Assembly (NCBI GenBank): GCA_004764695.1 | Contig: SMSO01000032.1 | Span: forward strand, 2,356,001 to 2,420,000 | DNA: 64,000 bases | Direction: 5' to 3' | DNA from: Schizochytrium sp. TIO01 | Lineage: Eukaryota; Protista; Bigyra: Labyrinthulomycetes | Part shown: positions 46,001 to 58,203 of the stretch, piece after piece | How the letters are laid out: each line of letters starts with the position of its first letter | How positions within the stretch are numbered: position 1 is the first letter of the stretch | Position numbers and translations under genes: made by a program | The notes under the pieces: model-generated | The model's database searches: none | The model's input: the letters and a program-made list of their open reading frames with translations, nothing else | Told to the model about the DNA's origin: nothing

Positions 46001-46513
46001 CGGGCGAACGCAAATGCAGACAAAATTGAAGATGACACATGGACTCAGGTAGGCACATTTTTCGAGGGTGATGACACACAGCACGCTAGGACAGAGGATG
46101 AACAAAAGCAGCTCGATGAGGTTCGAGACTACTTGCAACAGATGAAGTCTGGGAACGTGAAGGGTTTACGAGGAGGAGGTGGTGCTGGAAATGACACTTG
46201 GGATCGAGTTGGGGATTTTTTCAATAAAGATCAAGAAGCTAAATCTGACCAAGTTGATGCTGATATTGAGGAATACTTGAACAAGATTCCTAAAAATCAG
46301 TCGGAAAAGATTATGGGAGAAGGGAAATACAATGAGGTTGGCGAGGGAAAAGTGTCGGATCAGGATGAGGTGGAAAAGGATTCAAAAAATAAGAAAAACG
46401 GGGAGAATTCAGAGTCCAAATCTCCTGATCAGACGACCCGACAAAAGTCAAAGAAGGGTAAAGGAGGTGAAGATGGCAATGGTGATAAATCTGGTGTTTG
46501 CAGTATTCAGTAG
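43028..46513 (+). CDS. CEP104-like protein (N-terminal jelly-roll domain, disordered middle, helical region), ending in a CaaX motif
   Basis: First ATG at 43028. GWCTASFCPWPQELEIAF...IELVAHSYRIPRRIDIFV and CYSNDKNLFEQANLLSLRVYGE resemble the CEP104 N-terminus; the C-terminus is CSIQ. Confidence 0.75.
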   Translation: MANLYEPEVPTAENPVADIENTAIESALLEQGLVVVPFSVVSSTSQDGLCPAEALEQYQAQLGMHQDLRGWCTASFCPWPQELEIAFETCFRIDLIELVAHSYRIPRRIDIFVTGYQADCGPYYVGQTSFDSNLLQNHTLNECKCAKIDAYGTGLILRILDCYSNDKNLFEQANLLSLRVYGEEVPALLGESPAPRPRQNFYSEEIDTEIRIVSTEEQNGMIISREEFIRKRRYFEVIEESQTGFVGRRDDWDHFHMTEVDQALISIGIPVELVNSTATPYRIPPETAAYVNAIQERIEALLAIENDAIAGTLKVTHDELLDAVEHLQKSVDRLLGLGVELGRHQILLTQSVQEPGGNRRPSIPIEQHKSAVSQVEQKIDSEAKQALADFEQFQTNAEVSVTPRSRMQNLNLPSQQAPRKEHADEAILVTGYENPSHHHHSKSHSYDKEDHKQYGYKHGPELPSYSRNFEQKTNHVNENQQDHTLRDHEEEKVTKMLSTPRKAPEPGASSAPPGEEPELRLSEGPITDKLPDYPSVSPLNFDNAKLHTDGAPSISRQNTDFEKGNEEKNSDLEGKSFEVSQTPASGSRSLANSHGGSQTGRKDDHDNMSNSGTVPTMVQQRDYAPEEKEKEKEKEKEEKHPDTGRSLSPRGFMKRLMSPRSGRQKDDKSSAKASHSEEDKTERQLEVGQGTGRLGISATDSTAAPTESTQETASKSTEEKYNTPSDSSITPSKPTERQNNDEVEPKDLTSKKEPLSAAPSARKDQANDIKHGMPDQDNYTDEEHLKWPNVPVDKKGKDPLKPRLSQALKENDLTAPTKQKKNLGEWAGFEKAFGLFATQCLFTPESDTKVKALTLHVIKSAIQDLIILLLLNGEVILRLTTLLLHESTNGIVLQELFALLRFWYTFPEAHDQTYHGELVDELLTQECCTSKSTVVHELCFNFLKFICEEKEWVASVNMSNNLLEKLRERPKPDPVLGRYERVVGLVHEYYTRANANADKIEDDTWTQVGTFFEGDDTQHARTEDEQKQLDEVRDYLQQMKSGNVKGLRGGGGAGNDTWDRVGDFFNKDQEAKSDQVDADIEEYLNKIPKNQSEKIMGEGKYNEVGEGKVSDQDEVEKDSKNKKNGENSESKSPDQTTRQKSKKGKGGEDGNGDKSGVCSIQ

Positions 46514-47110
46514 CTAAACTCATTTTATGTATTTATTTTTCTCAACATTTTACTTCTAATAACGTTGTTCACTAATGAACAAAACAAATAAAGTACTTTG
46601 TTTGCGGAGCGTGCTCCAAATCTCCTGGATCTTAAGTTGCACTCAGAAATTGCAGAATTGATCATTGATTGCCTTCGATTATTAACTTATTTTTTTTGTC
46701 TGAAGTATAATGGAATCGCTTGGGTCAAAGAATTTAGAAAGTAGATGTCAATATACGTTTTTATTTCCTAATTATGATCACCATTATTGAAGGGGAATTC
46801 ATTATACAAATAGCCTAATAACCCAATTCCTCTTCTACATCTTTTCTTTTCTTCTTTTTTTAAGATACATCGAGATATCCCCTTCTACTACTAGGCAAAA
46901 GTATAAAGACTGATTCTCAAAATAATGTTGTTTTTTTTTAAATTTTATTTGAATCAACAAACAATTTTCAAACTGGAAAAACATATAATAGAACAGAAGA
47001 AGAGGGTGCTGAAAAGAATGAAGACAAAGTAGATGTAAAATTAGATCACAGAAACAAAGACATGAAGAAGTAAGTTTGTTTTAGATACATTTTGAAACAT
47101 ATGGAGGTGT

Positions 47111-48768
47111 TCAGAACTCGAGAGGCCTGATCTTCATGTACTCGGCCAAAACCTCGTCGGAAACCTCCGCACGATCAGCTTGGAATTTCCGCACAATTTC
47201 AGAAAGAACATCAACGAGCATCTGTTTCACCTCGCCGGTCATCATACGACCAGCACCATATTCTTGGGCAACATATGCGAGCTTCTCGTCATCATCGAGG
47301 AAGAAACGCAGCCACTGGTATGGAATATCAATCTCGAGGTTGGCACCGTTCTTGCGGTGCTCCTCAAGGGTCTCACCACCACCGGAAAAGGCGTACTTCA
47401 TGACCTTGGTCTTGATGATCTCCGGGGTATCGGTGAGGTAAATAGAGCTAGTCTCTGCACTTGCACTCATCTTAGTCTTGGCACCCTGGAGAGCAGGGAA
47501 AAACTTGGAGTGAATCAGAGCGGGCTTCCGGAAGCCAAGACGAGGAGCAACATCACGAGTTACACGAAAGTATGGATCCTGATCAATGGCACAGGGGATC
47601 AAGCATGGCATATCATTAAATCCCCGAAGAGGAATAGGGAAAGCGCATGGGAATGACGGAGCAGCTTGGATAGCAGGGAAGGAGTGCTGGCCAATACTCA
47701 TAGACTCGTGCATACCAAATGCACCCTTCACCTGGTTCAGGGTAACCTTCTTCTGAATTCGAATAACAGTTTCGTACAAATGACCCATGTAGTCGATGTT
47801 AGAGAAAATGAAGGTTTTCTTAGGGTCAAAACCCACAGCAATGATATCCTTGGCATTCTCGTATGCCAAATAGTTAGCCTCCTCGAGAGTGAGGTCCTTC
47901 CAGAGGAACTTCTCATCATCAGTGAGCTGGATAACCAGAGGGACATCGAATGCCTCCTGCAACCACTTGGTAAACAAGAATGGGAGTAGGTGGCCAAAGT
48001 GCAACGATCCAGAAGAGGGACCACGGCCTGTGTACAAGTAGAACGGCTTGCCTGCTTCATAACTGCGAAAAAAATGCAAATTGGGAATAGGTCATCCAGC
48101 TTGAAGTTAGTATATCACACGTTGCATTTTCTCATTCAGATGGGCAAACCCTAGCTAGCCCGGAGGAAAGATACATGACAATGCATTTGAACCTTCTACG
48201 CAAAGTACAGGTAGAACGAGATCCAATGGCAACGAACTATTTCAAAGTTAAATGAATGCAGAATATTTTGAGGCCAGCAACAGCTACCTATATTGATAAG
48301 AGTGTTGCTTTCACGGAATGAGGTCAGATAGGAGCGAAAGACTAATTTCAGAAATGTATCTTCACGGTGATACTCAGCTGAACTATGCTTTGTTTCAATC
48401 ATCACTCCTCCTTCCGCGTATACCTTTTTATTACTACTGCATACATTCACATATTCTCTTACAAGACCCCTCCAAACCAGAGATATTTTGATCTCCAGAT
48501 ATTCATCATACATTACTTACAGGTCAAGCATCTCGTTCATGTCGCGGTGCGAGAAGAAGATACCCTTGCGAAGCCAGTGGTGGACACGCTTACCAGTGAC
48601 CTTCTCAAGGCGGTCGATGAGGTCCTGGTCAATGTGACTGGAGCCGAAGTCGCGCACGAGCTTGTCGTAGTCAACACCATCTTCATCTGCCTCGACTTCC
48701 CAAGGCGTGATGTTCTGCTTCTTGCCAGGTGCTGCCTCAGCAGCAACAGCGGCCGCGTCTTCAGCCAT
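47111..48768 (-). CDS. WARS1: Cytosolic tryptophanyl-tRNA synthetase, 2 exons (48768-48521, 48062-47111), 399 aa
   Basis: [44 protein letters not shown] and KMSAS. A 458-nt GTAAGT...CAG intron restores the frame. Confidence 0.97.
48320..48410 (-). ncRNA. Intronic box C/D snoRNA, snR60/SNORD80(U80)-like
   Basis: C box GTGATGA (48405-48399), D' CTGA (48377-48374), C' GTGAAGA (48365-48359), D CTGA (48327-48324), terminal stem GAGG/CCTC. Guides GCATAGTTCA and ATTAGTCTTTCGCTCCTAT are complementary to the conserved LSU rRNA segments UGAACUAUGC and AUAGGGGCGAAAGACUAAU. Confidence 0.92.
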
Positions 48769-50340
48769 CTTGGCGAACGCAAGCTCTTAAGCGATTGCGG
48801 CGGAGGTTGAGTCGCGGCTCGGATCGCTGCTCAAATGGAGCTCGAGTTGGGGTTTGGGGTTTGGATTTTAGTTTGATCGCGATGCCAACTTGGCTTCTGC
48901 AGCCGCTAATCTTTAACCAAATACATCCACACCAAAATAACACTTTTAACCATTCTTCGCGACGTGCGCGGATCTCCACTAATTTGTGAGGCGGCGAGAA
49001 AGCTTTTCTCTTTTCTTTCATAAGCTTTTTCCCTTCAATTCACACAGAGCAAAAAAAGACTTCAAAGTTCTTTTCTCTCTCTCAGAGTAGGTAGAAAGGA
49101 CCCTAGCTACCTAAAACTCCTATTAGGCAGCTGCAGAAAAAGAAAAAACTCCTTTTAAAAGAAATAGAAGTTTGTAGAGTATTATAGAAATTGATGGAAG
49201 TGGGAACTCTGGGAATGCATGGTCCAGAAGCTCTTGAAGATCGGGCTCGCAGGAACTTTAGACGTGGAGAAGGATGGATATTAGATCTCAGCTGCATTAG
49301 CTGCATGGCTTGACAGGATGTTAAAGAAGATTGATGATAATGAACAATATCTAGACTGCTGGAGAGTTGCGTGAATGTTCGTTCTAACGTAGCTGAAAAC
49401 ACACTGAGCAACATGCTCGCAACAGGCTGCGTGGAAAATGTCCCTCTATAAAATGGCGCGATGAAGAAAAAGGCTCTGGATACCATCCTGGATCTTCTGA
49501 ATTTGGAAAGTTTACCAAATTAGACAGATGTAGATGTAGTGCTATTCATCAAATCAGAATGTAAGAGTCGTGTGTTTTTCATCTTGTGAAGAACCCTGCT
49601 TACAAGCTATCTGCACTCCTTTTGCAAAATTATCTACAATAATTTCTGTACAAATGCAGATCATGATCATTTTTTTGAGGCCAACTAAAAATGAAGCGAA
49701 GCCCTCTTTCTTCGCAGGCTGCGCAATTTAACCACTTCTTGACGATTGACATATAGTAGGTTCCGGGAACGAAGGTCAGCCTCTAGAAGTTTTTAAGAAC
49801 TCAGTGGCGGTTTGATCTTGCTGTTTGATGGGAGTTATTCGCAGCAGAACACCACAATCAACGACTTGTGCCTATAGCCTCTCTGTAAAATTCAAAAGTA
49901 AAACTACAAGACTGTTGATACGATCAAACAAATATTTTGAATAAATGGGAGAGGATTTATGATCTGAGATACCAAACTATTGTCTTTGCTAAATAATAAT
50001 TAAGAACAATGAAGGGAGAGACAAATTCTTATTTCTTCGTTCAGATCGAATGAGCAACGTAGGGGAGAAGAGGCGAATTTGCAAATCATAGCACCATAGA
50101 TTACTTTGAATATTGCAACATGTTTCAAGTGCTATCAGAATTGACGAACATCATCGATGCGTTTCGATATAGATAAACAAGCATGGGATTCCAGTAGGTG
50201 TACTTGGTAAATAATGAGGAGTATTCATAGTTCTTCTGAATCAGTGCTAAAAGTTTGGCTGAAGCTCGTGTGCGTACAAAACTATATGGGAGCGAATATA
50301 CTTAAAAAGAAGCCTAAAATGTAAAAAAAGAAGTGAAAAT

Positions 50341-51499
50341 TTAGTGGGGCTCCGGGACATGACCATCAACGTAAAAGTTGCGAGTCGCAGCAGGCAGCTG
50401 CACCTTGGTACCCTCCATAAACTCTTGCACAATGACTTGACATCCAAGACGAGACCTGTGTGTTATAATAAGGGGTACACCAGACATTGATGAATAAGGG
50501 TGTGTTAGCTCTCTCCAAGTTTCCATGTATGTGTGTACAATAGGCCTTATTAACTTACGATTCTGTGAGACCGAAAGCCTGATCTAACATATCATCTTCG
50601 TCCTCAGAGGGCTCAAAGCCGGCATCGAGGAGCTGCTCGTAAACCTCATCCTCGAGAATAACGTGACAGGTAGAGCAGCTCACACTGCACTCACATGCGC
50701 CCTCAAGAGGCACATCATTCTTTTGCGCGAGGCGCAAAAGATTCTGGCCCACTTTGGCCTCAACCGGAACTTCCTCGCCATCTTTCTTAACAAAGATCAA
50801 GTGAACACTGTAAAGATTTTCACGCGCAAGCAATCCAAATTTGAGAGGAAAACATAATTCCATGGATCCATTCCAAAGATTTCATCATTAGTGTTCCTGC
50901 CATCTAACTGTCCTATGCTAGGTCAACCTAGCCGCACATCAGGTATTGATGAAGCACCAGAACCAGTTACGGAGCTTGATGCTTCAAACGCAAGTATGTA
51001 TTTTATCCTGTACTTCTCAGACCTTACATTCATTTTCCTGCCTCTATGGCTCAACTCTGCTTGACACAACAAATAAAACTCCAACTCAGCCATGACAAAA
51101 TCTCCCTAGAAGCAGTAAGCAGAGTTGAAGCCTTGCAAGGATGTCCAACGAATTAACTCCAAGACCAGGAATAAATGAATGTGAGGATGCAATGTTTATG
51201 CAAGTGCGTCTTTTCGTGAAGTTGCTCAGGTAACCAACACAGGAAACCCATCACCACGATCGCTCTTCTAAAGTTACTTACGTCTTAGCGTTGGGGTCAA
51301 CGTGGTCGTCACCATGCCAGCGGCGCTGCATTCCAATAGCAGCCTGGGTTCTGGCGTGCGCTCCAGCAGCAGTCCATCGCGAGGTGGTCATGGCTCCGCG
51401 AGAAGCAGCGCCATTTGTTCCTGTGAGGAGGGAAGTGGCCATGCCGCGAGCCCCAAGGGCGCGAGGCTGCCTTCCCAGAATACGAACTGCCCCGAGCAT
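50341..51499 (-). CDS. Mitochondrial adrenodoxin-type [2Fe-2S] ferredoxin, 3 exons (51499-51282, 50807-50559, 50455-50341), 193 aa
   Basis: Arg/Ala-rich presequence; EGACECSVSCSTCHV, EDDMLD, SRLGCQ and LPAATRNFYVDG. Two phase-2 GTAAGT...CAG introns. Confidence 0.95.
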
Positions 51500-51682
51500 C
51501 TTGGCTGTGCTTCTGCTGAGAGCTCTCGGCCGGCCTCAAGTTCTGGATTTGCCTCTTGAGTGCCGCTTCTTTGAATTTGATCTGATTGATCTGATGGATT
51601 TGATTCGATTTGATGATGGATGATTCATCGCTTATTTTCTACATCATGTTATTGCACTTTCTTCCTTTAGTACTTTCTTCAC

Positions 51683-51727
51683 TTTTCTTTTCTTTTCTTT
51701 TCTTTTCTTTTCTTTTCTTTTCTTTTC
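51683..51727 (+). repeat. (TTTTC)n microsatellite
   Basis: About 9 units, upstream of the ferredoxin gene. Confidence 0.9.
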
Positions 51728-54137
51728 TCCAATTCCTTTTCTTTTCTTTTCTGCTGCTCTATTGAGCCATAGCTATCTATCTCAGGCAAGGGAACAACTC
51801 CTTCCGAGTGCCACCACTCGCTAAGTCACTAACTAGCTAGCCAGCCAGCCACTATCCCGCTCTGAGATTCTTGTGGAGCTCGCTTAGCTAACTATCTTGG
51901 GTGCGCGATGCTGCATTCAATGGCATGATTACATGCATTCTCTAGAAATCATTTGATTATTATGAGGGATCACCATCATAAATCATGGATGAAGCAGGAA
52001 TTAAAATGCGGATGGACCAATTAGGAACTCCTCTTCGCCTCGACTAGGGTGAAAACAACTTGAAGAGTGAAGATGTGGGTGCCCGGTCTACGTTGGAGAC
52101 CTTTATCTTATAATGTGCCAACCCCTCCTCTTGTTTTGGATGCGGCTTCCCCAATATTTATTCTTCGCCCCTTTTGTTTTGTTTGGCTTTGCTCTTTGGT
52201 CGACGAGAGATGAAGCATTAGACAGAAGGCCGAACCAAGGCTTTACGAGCGAAGCAACTAGCAGCTGCGAAGAAGACCAAAACTCAGAATAAAGCAGGCA
52301 ATCAGGAATAGGCTTGACCTCATTGTTGCTGGGAACCCAACTCAAGTCCGACAAAGGCCTCAGTGGAAGAAGTGATGGGTTCCGAAGTCAGTTTTACGAA
52401 TTGTCAAGGTCGTTCTGAGAGTGCCACAGAACTTAAAGCTTAAGCTGAGGGAAAGATATCGAGGAGCCTTACAGGCGACGCAGCTACGGGTATACCTCCT
52501 ACTTTTAAATACACGCATATTGGGGAGAACATGAATGATCGCACTATGGTAAATAGCTCTTGATAGAAGGCTTGAACTACTAGAGTTCTTCGGATTGTGT
52601 TCACCATCTACGGAGATATTGAGGTAAAACCCAGGGCGGACACAGCAGCGATTGAAGGAATGCCACTGTATTAGTCTGTATTTACGACTGCCTTCTTGGC
52701 ACAATTGGCCAGCTCATGCGCATGAAAGAAACATTGTCGCAACGCATTGTACTTGTGTGCTCTGGTATGTGGGCTGTTAAACAATTACAATGAGCGTCAT
52801 GATAGCCCTTGAGCAGAGGACAAATGAAGCATGTTTCATATGATCCATTGAATATAACCAAAGATAAGTGGGAGGTTTTTTGCAAACGCAGCTATTTGCA
52901 ATAGGGAAACATTGTAATTGAGTGTGGGAGACTCAAATTGAATTATACAAACAAGAGACTTGTACATATTGCACATGAGACAACAGGGCCGTAGTACAAG
53001 AAAGATGTCAAAGGTTGAGTGTTCTAGGGGGGGGGGGTTCTCCTTATAAATTGCTACTGAGGTACATTGGAAATGGGAATAAACGCATTTTCTATGAACA
53101 ATACAGCATTGCATTGTTTGCAGTTTATTTATTTTGTCTTATTTTCTTAAGAACAATGAACGTAGAACGTTCAATCACAATAAGACCAACAGTTGCTTCT
53201 TCAGAGCATACAAGAAATCTTCAAAGATTTGACACAATTCACTCTTTTGTGTAAACGATTTTTTCCCTTTGGTGTGTGTGTGTTGTCTTATCGCATTTTT
53301 CCAGGTAGTCAGGACAAATACGTCATTCGTAATCTTTGTTCTCACTGAGTCAAAGAACACGACTCATCAATACAAATGCATTCGATCGTAACTGTAGGTT
53401 CTTCAATGCCATAGACCTTAGATTCATTATAGTCAGTACTAACACTATAGTATTGAGTGCACCTTACCATAGTATGGTGGTATTGAATGAGAAGTAACGG
53501 GGTTATTAGTTGCAAGATGGTGCCACAACACTTTCGATCCGTTGAATTATAAGAGTCTATATAGTCGAAACTATAGCATACAATTGCATTCGGCACGGTG
53601 ACCGCTAGACGATAGACAACAGACATCATGGAAGCAAGCTCTGAAAGGACTAAATTTACCGCTCAAGTAAAGGTATCCTTGTCTGGGGTGCCTCGGGTTT
53701 TAGGTGGCCGCAGTAAGGAGGAGTGTAGCTGACTAGTATTATCCAAAAATAAACTATCGCCCCCTCCCTCCCTCTTCTGAACTCCAGTTCTCGTGTGCCA
53801 AAGTCCTTCTGGCTGCAACGACAATAGGTAATCAATCATTCGCGGTCGGCATCAAAAGACAAAAGAAGACTTGCATAGCTTCTTCACAGAGGAGGCATAC
53901 TATACGTATGCAACACCGTGGTTTTGTAGAAGCAGAGCGGTAGCAAGCAAACAAAACGGCAAGCACAACTCTGCTGTTGCACAAATTTCTGTTTTGCCTT
54001 GCTATAAAATATATAAAACTAGGTCGTGTGATCGCCGTCTTGCTTTTTCCTCGTCCTCGTTCATCTTGTTGCAAAGCTGGACTAGGCATTGAGACTATTT
54101 ACCCTAATTCTTACAACGCTGAAGAAAACGATCGAAG

Positions 54138-57100
54138 ATGAGCACAAACCAAGGTAAATCCTCTAATCGAAAAGCTATTTTAGTGGGAACCAAGGTATGG
54201 GTCAAGGTTCTTGATGAGCGAAGGCTGTTTGAATTTGGAGAAGTTGTACATATTAGTGATGAAAGAGTATATACTGTTGTTACGATCAAAGGTCAACAAC
54301 TCACCGTACATGAGGAGTCTATTATCCCTACAATTGAACAAAATGGTTGCACAGTGGAGGACCTAATCAACCTTAGTGACTTTAGTGAAGAGTCCTTGCT
54401 TCACAGTTTGCGCGAAAGGTATGATGCTGACAACTTCTACTCCATGGTTGGTCCTATCCTTGTATCAATTAACCCTTACAAGTGGTGCAACATCTATGAT
54501 CAAAAGGATATGGCATCGTATCGTGGAATGTCAAAATCCCAAATGAAGCCTCATGTTTTTTCCATTGCAGAGAACGCATATCGAGCGATTGTTAGTACAA
54601 GTTTATCAAAGAATAAAACAAGTCAATCCATACCGGACGATGTTCATTCTGGTCTGGCAGAGGATGGCAGTGAAAACAGCCAGCCCCAGAATGATAGCAG
54701 GAGCCAAGCCATCATTATTAGTGGTGAAAGTGGTGCAGGAAAAACAGAGGCAACAAAGATTATCATGAGGTACCTTTCTAGCGCTGGACGTCATTTTACA
54801 AGTGATGAAGGAAGCTCTGAAGCTGGGCTTGAACAACGCGTTCTAGATTCCAACCCTCTCCTAGAGGCATTTGGTAATGCCAAAACAGTACGTAACGATA
54901 ATTCATCACGATTTGGTAAGTTTATCGAAATCGAGATAGACGAATCTGGTCTTATCAAAGGTGCACGTATTTTAAACTACCTGCTTGAGAAAAGTCGTAT
55001 CATTGGCCAAGGGGAAGGTGAACGGAACTATCATATCTTTTATCAGCTTCTCCGTGGAGCGCCAGAAGGCCTTATGCAGAGCATTGGACTTGCAAACTAC
55101 TCTGAACACGAATTGTATTACATCGCAGAAGGAGCCGACCTCCATATTCAAGATGGGGATGATGCCAAAGCGTTCTCTCGAACTTCAGAATGTATGACTA
55201 CCATCGGACTGAGTGAGGAGGAGAAACAATATGTTTTCCAAACCCTTGCCGGTGTCCTACTTCTAGGACAGATTCAGGTTCACGACGACGGCAACAAACA
55301 ACATGAGGGCTCACGTTGTAGTCCTGAAGAGCTCCAGGGAGCTGCAAAAGCTTTAGGACTCACAGAGGAAGACCTTCAAAATGCAATTTGTGCAAATGTA
55401 GTCACAGTTGGTGGTGAGTCTATTTCGACACCGGTTAAGCCAGTAGTAGCCTGTGGCAAACGAGATGCACTTGCTAAAGCACTGTATGCGTTGCTTTTTC
55501 GATGGCTAATTCAACGCATAAATGCGTCGCTCATTGGTCCACCTTCTGCAACGAGTGGTAGTACAGTTGCAGGAGCAAATGGCAGGCCTGTACCTCTTCG
55601 AAGAAGCCTATCCATGGAGTCAATGACAACCATTGACTCTTTAAACACACCTACTTCAGGTCACTCCATCGGAATCCTTGATATTTATGGATTTGAGGTG
55701 TTTGAATCCAACTCGTTCGAGCAATTTGCGATTAACTTTGCTAATGAACGTCTGCAGCGACACTTTAACAAGCACATTTTCGAAGTTGAGCAGGACGAGT
55801 ATGCAAAGGAGGGAATTGACTGGTCACGTATTGAGTTCAATGACAATCAACCTTGTTTGGATCTCATTGAAAGTTCCTCCACATCTCTGCTATCTCTCTT
55901 GGATGAGGAATGTCTAATGCCTCGTGGTTCGGACCAGAGTTTGCTACGTAAACTTCACACCAATCACAAAGATCGTCACCCTAACTATGTATTTCCTCGT
56001 TTTGGTAATGACATTTCTTTCGGCGTAGCTCACTACGCAGGAACAGTACAATACACTGTGGATGGATTCTTGCAAAAGAATAACGATTCTTTGTCTGAAA
56101 CATTATCCGCAGCTATGCTAGGTTCTGAGTTGGTGTGGTTTCAATCGCTTTTTGGAGGGGGCCAAGTCCTCGCGTTCTTCTACAAAGCAGCGCTCACGTA
56201 AACGCACAGCCTCTTTGCGTCCGCCGACGGTATCTGAACAATTTCGAAAACAATTAAATTCTCTTATGAGTCGTCTGGAAACATGCGAGCCTCACTTTAT
56301 TCGCTGTATCAAGCCGAACGATGCTAAACTTGCTGGACTCTTTAACTCTAGAAAGTGCCTTGACCAACTCAGGTATGCTGGTATGCTTGAAACGATCAGA
56401 ATCAGGAACCAAGGCTATGCTCTGCGCGAACCACACGATGCATTTTTCCAACGATTCAGGGTTTTATGCCCATCAGCGACAGATTGCAAAGATCTTGTTC
56501 TCAAGATTTCACGCTTATTTGGACTTCAAGATACCTCCCAATGGCAGCTGGGCCACACTAAAGTTTTCTTGCGTCGAGAACTGGCTGATCTGCTCGAGAG
56601 GTTCGTGACTTCGAGGCTCACAGCTGCATCCCGTATAATTGCTCGTGCATTCCGTCGAAAGTGGCTGCATCGTCGTGTAACAGCTGCAGATCGAATTCAA
56701 GCATTTTATGCCCGTGTCAAATTCAAGTGTCTTATCCGTAAAATTGTGAGAGTCCAGAGCTTTATTCGTGCTGCCCGAGCACGCAGGGCATTTAAAGTAA
56801 AGCTGGCTGCATATTTGGAGGAGCGCGCAGAAATTGAGAAAGTTAGAGCAGCTATGGAGTCTTTGTGGAGTACTCCGGAAAGTTCTCCAGCTAGCCCTCC
56901 TGAGGATATTGAAAAAGAGCCAGGAACTTCAGGAAGCACTAGCAAGCTCTCAAAACCATCTCAACGCCCATCTCAGCTTCCTGGTGCTCTTTGTCAAAAT
57001 CCTGCTGAAGGTCAAACCCCTGTGCTGGAAACAACACATGCATCCTCGCGACCTACTTCGCTTGACAGAGCACGGCCCGCAAATCTGAGTCCAGCATTTT

Positions 57101-58203
57101 CATCATCGAGTTTGACGCGCGAGAGTCAGCGTACTCCTCGATCGCCTCAAAAGCAGCTTTCGCATACGCCTAAAGCTGACCAAAATATGGAAATCAAACT
57201 GCTCCAATTAGAACAGCGCGAAAAGTCTGCAATTGTTAGACTTTCCGACCTTGATAGTTTTGTTCGGGCCCTCTATGCGGACGACGATAGCAGCGTTGCT
57301 GATGTCGACAGCAGGGGAAGTCGCCGCACTAATGAACCATATTCGGCCATGTCTCCAAGCGGAAAGAGGATTTCGCCTCTATCTCTTGAAGCCGCCGTAG
57401 ACAGTCTCTCAAAAACAATTCAAAAGAGTATCCGTGGTGATCAATCGCGAAAGCGAGACAGCCGTAATTGGCGGCATCGAGCCGAAATGTCTGAGCGCGA
57501 TGTCGAAAGACTTCAATCTGAATTGGAACAAGTCCGTTCCATGGCCTTGCTCTCTGAGAAACGTGCTGATGAAGCGCTCAAGCAGGCCGCTTTCTCCAAT
57601 AATTCCCTAGACCAGAGCCGAGAGGAGGTACACTCTCTTCAAAAGCGTCTTGCTGAAAAGCAAATTGAGGTCAAGGAACTCAAAGGGAAACTGGAAGCAC
57701 AAAGAAAGGCAACTCAGGAGCAGATTAAATCAAATGAGCAACCTGCCCCGCAATCTGCTAGACCTGAGAAAGCCGGGGAGAGCGAGTTTAAAGAGGGCGA
57801 GGACACGGATTGGTCTGATACTGCCGATCAGTCTAATAGTGCCGTTCAAAACAAGAAGTCTGTTGTGCCACCTACAGCGCAGCACTTGCCTACCTCTATC
57901 ACAGCTCTAATGAAGGAGAATATTGTCCTGATGGATGAAATTGTTGAGACACGTGCTCGGCATAATGCTGTACTGCGAAAGCTTGCCCAAGCAAACTCGC
58001 GAGCGGATTTTGCAGAGAACGCAAACGAGACCATTTGTACACTTCTGTCTTGGAGAGAGCAACAAATTGATTCACTCACCAAGAAGACGGCTCTTAAAGC
58101 GCCTCTGGTGAGTGACCCAGCACTTGTTAAAGCCTTAGAGGACCTACAGCCCTACTTGAAGGAAATTGCGCTCAAGTACGAAAGCAAAATACCAGGAATT
58201 TAA
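54138..58203 (+). CDS. Myosin heavy chain (N-terminal SH3-like region, motor, IQ motifs, coiled-coil tail), interrupted by a +1 frameshift at ~56148-56161
   Basis: The first ORF has GESGAGKTE, LEAFGNAKTVRNDNSSRFGK and DIYGFE. The second continues the motor (TVSEQFRKQL...PHFIRCIKPN, QLRYAGMLETIRIR) and then IQ motifs. Joined length is 1354 aa. Confidence 0.92.

Noticed and set aside
48503-48509. Second C-box-like ATGATGA near the TrpRS intron donor
   Set aside because: No suitably spaced D box or guide.
49210-49525. Coding-like stretch with multiple stops (possible pseudogene)
   Set aside because: No recognisable homology by eye.
56133-56157. 25-nt GT-AG mini-intron that could fix the myosin frame
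   Set aside because: The donor does not match the local GTAAGT/GTACGT consensus, it is far shorter than the other introns, and splicing would delete conserved residues.
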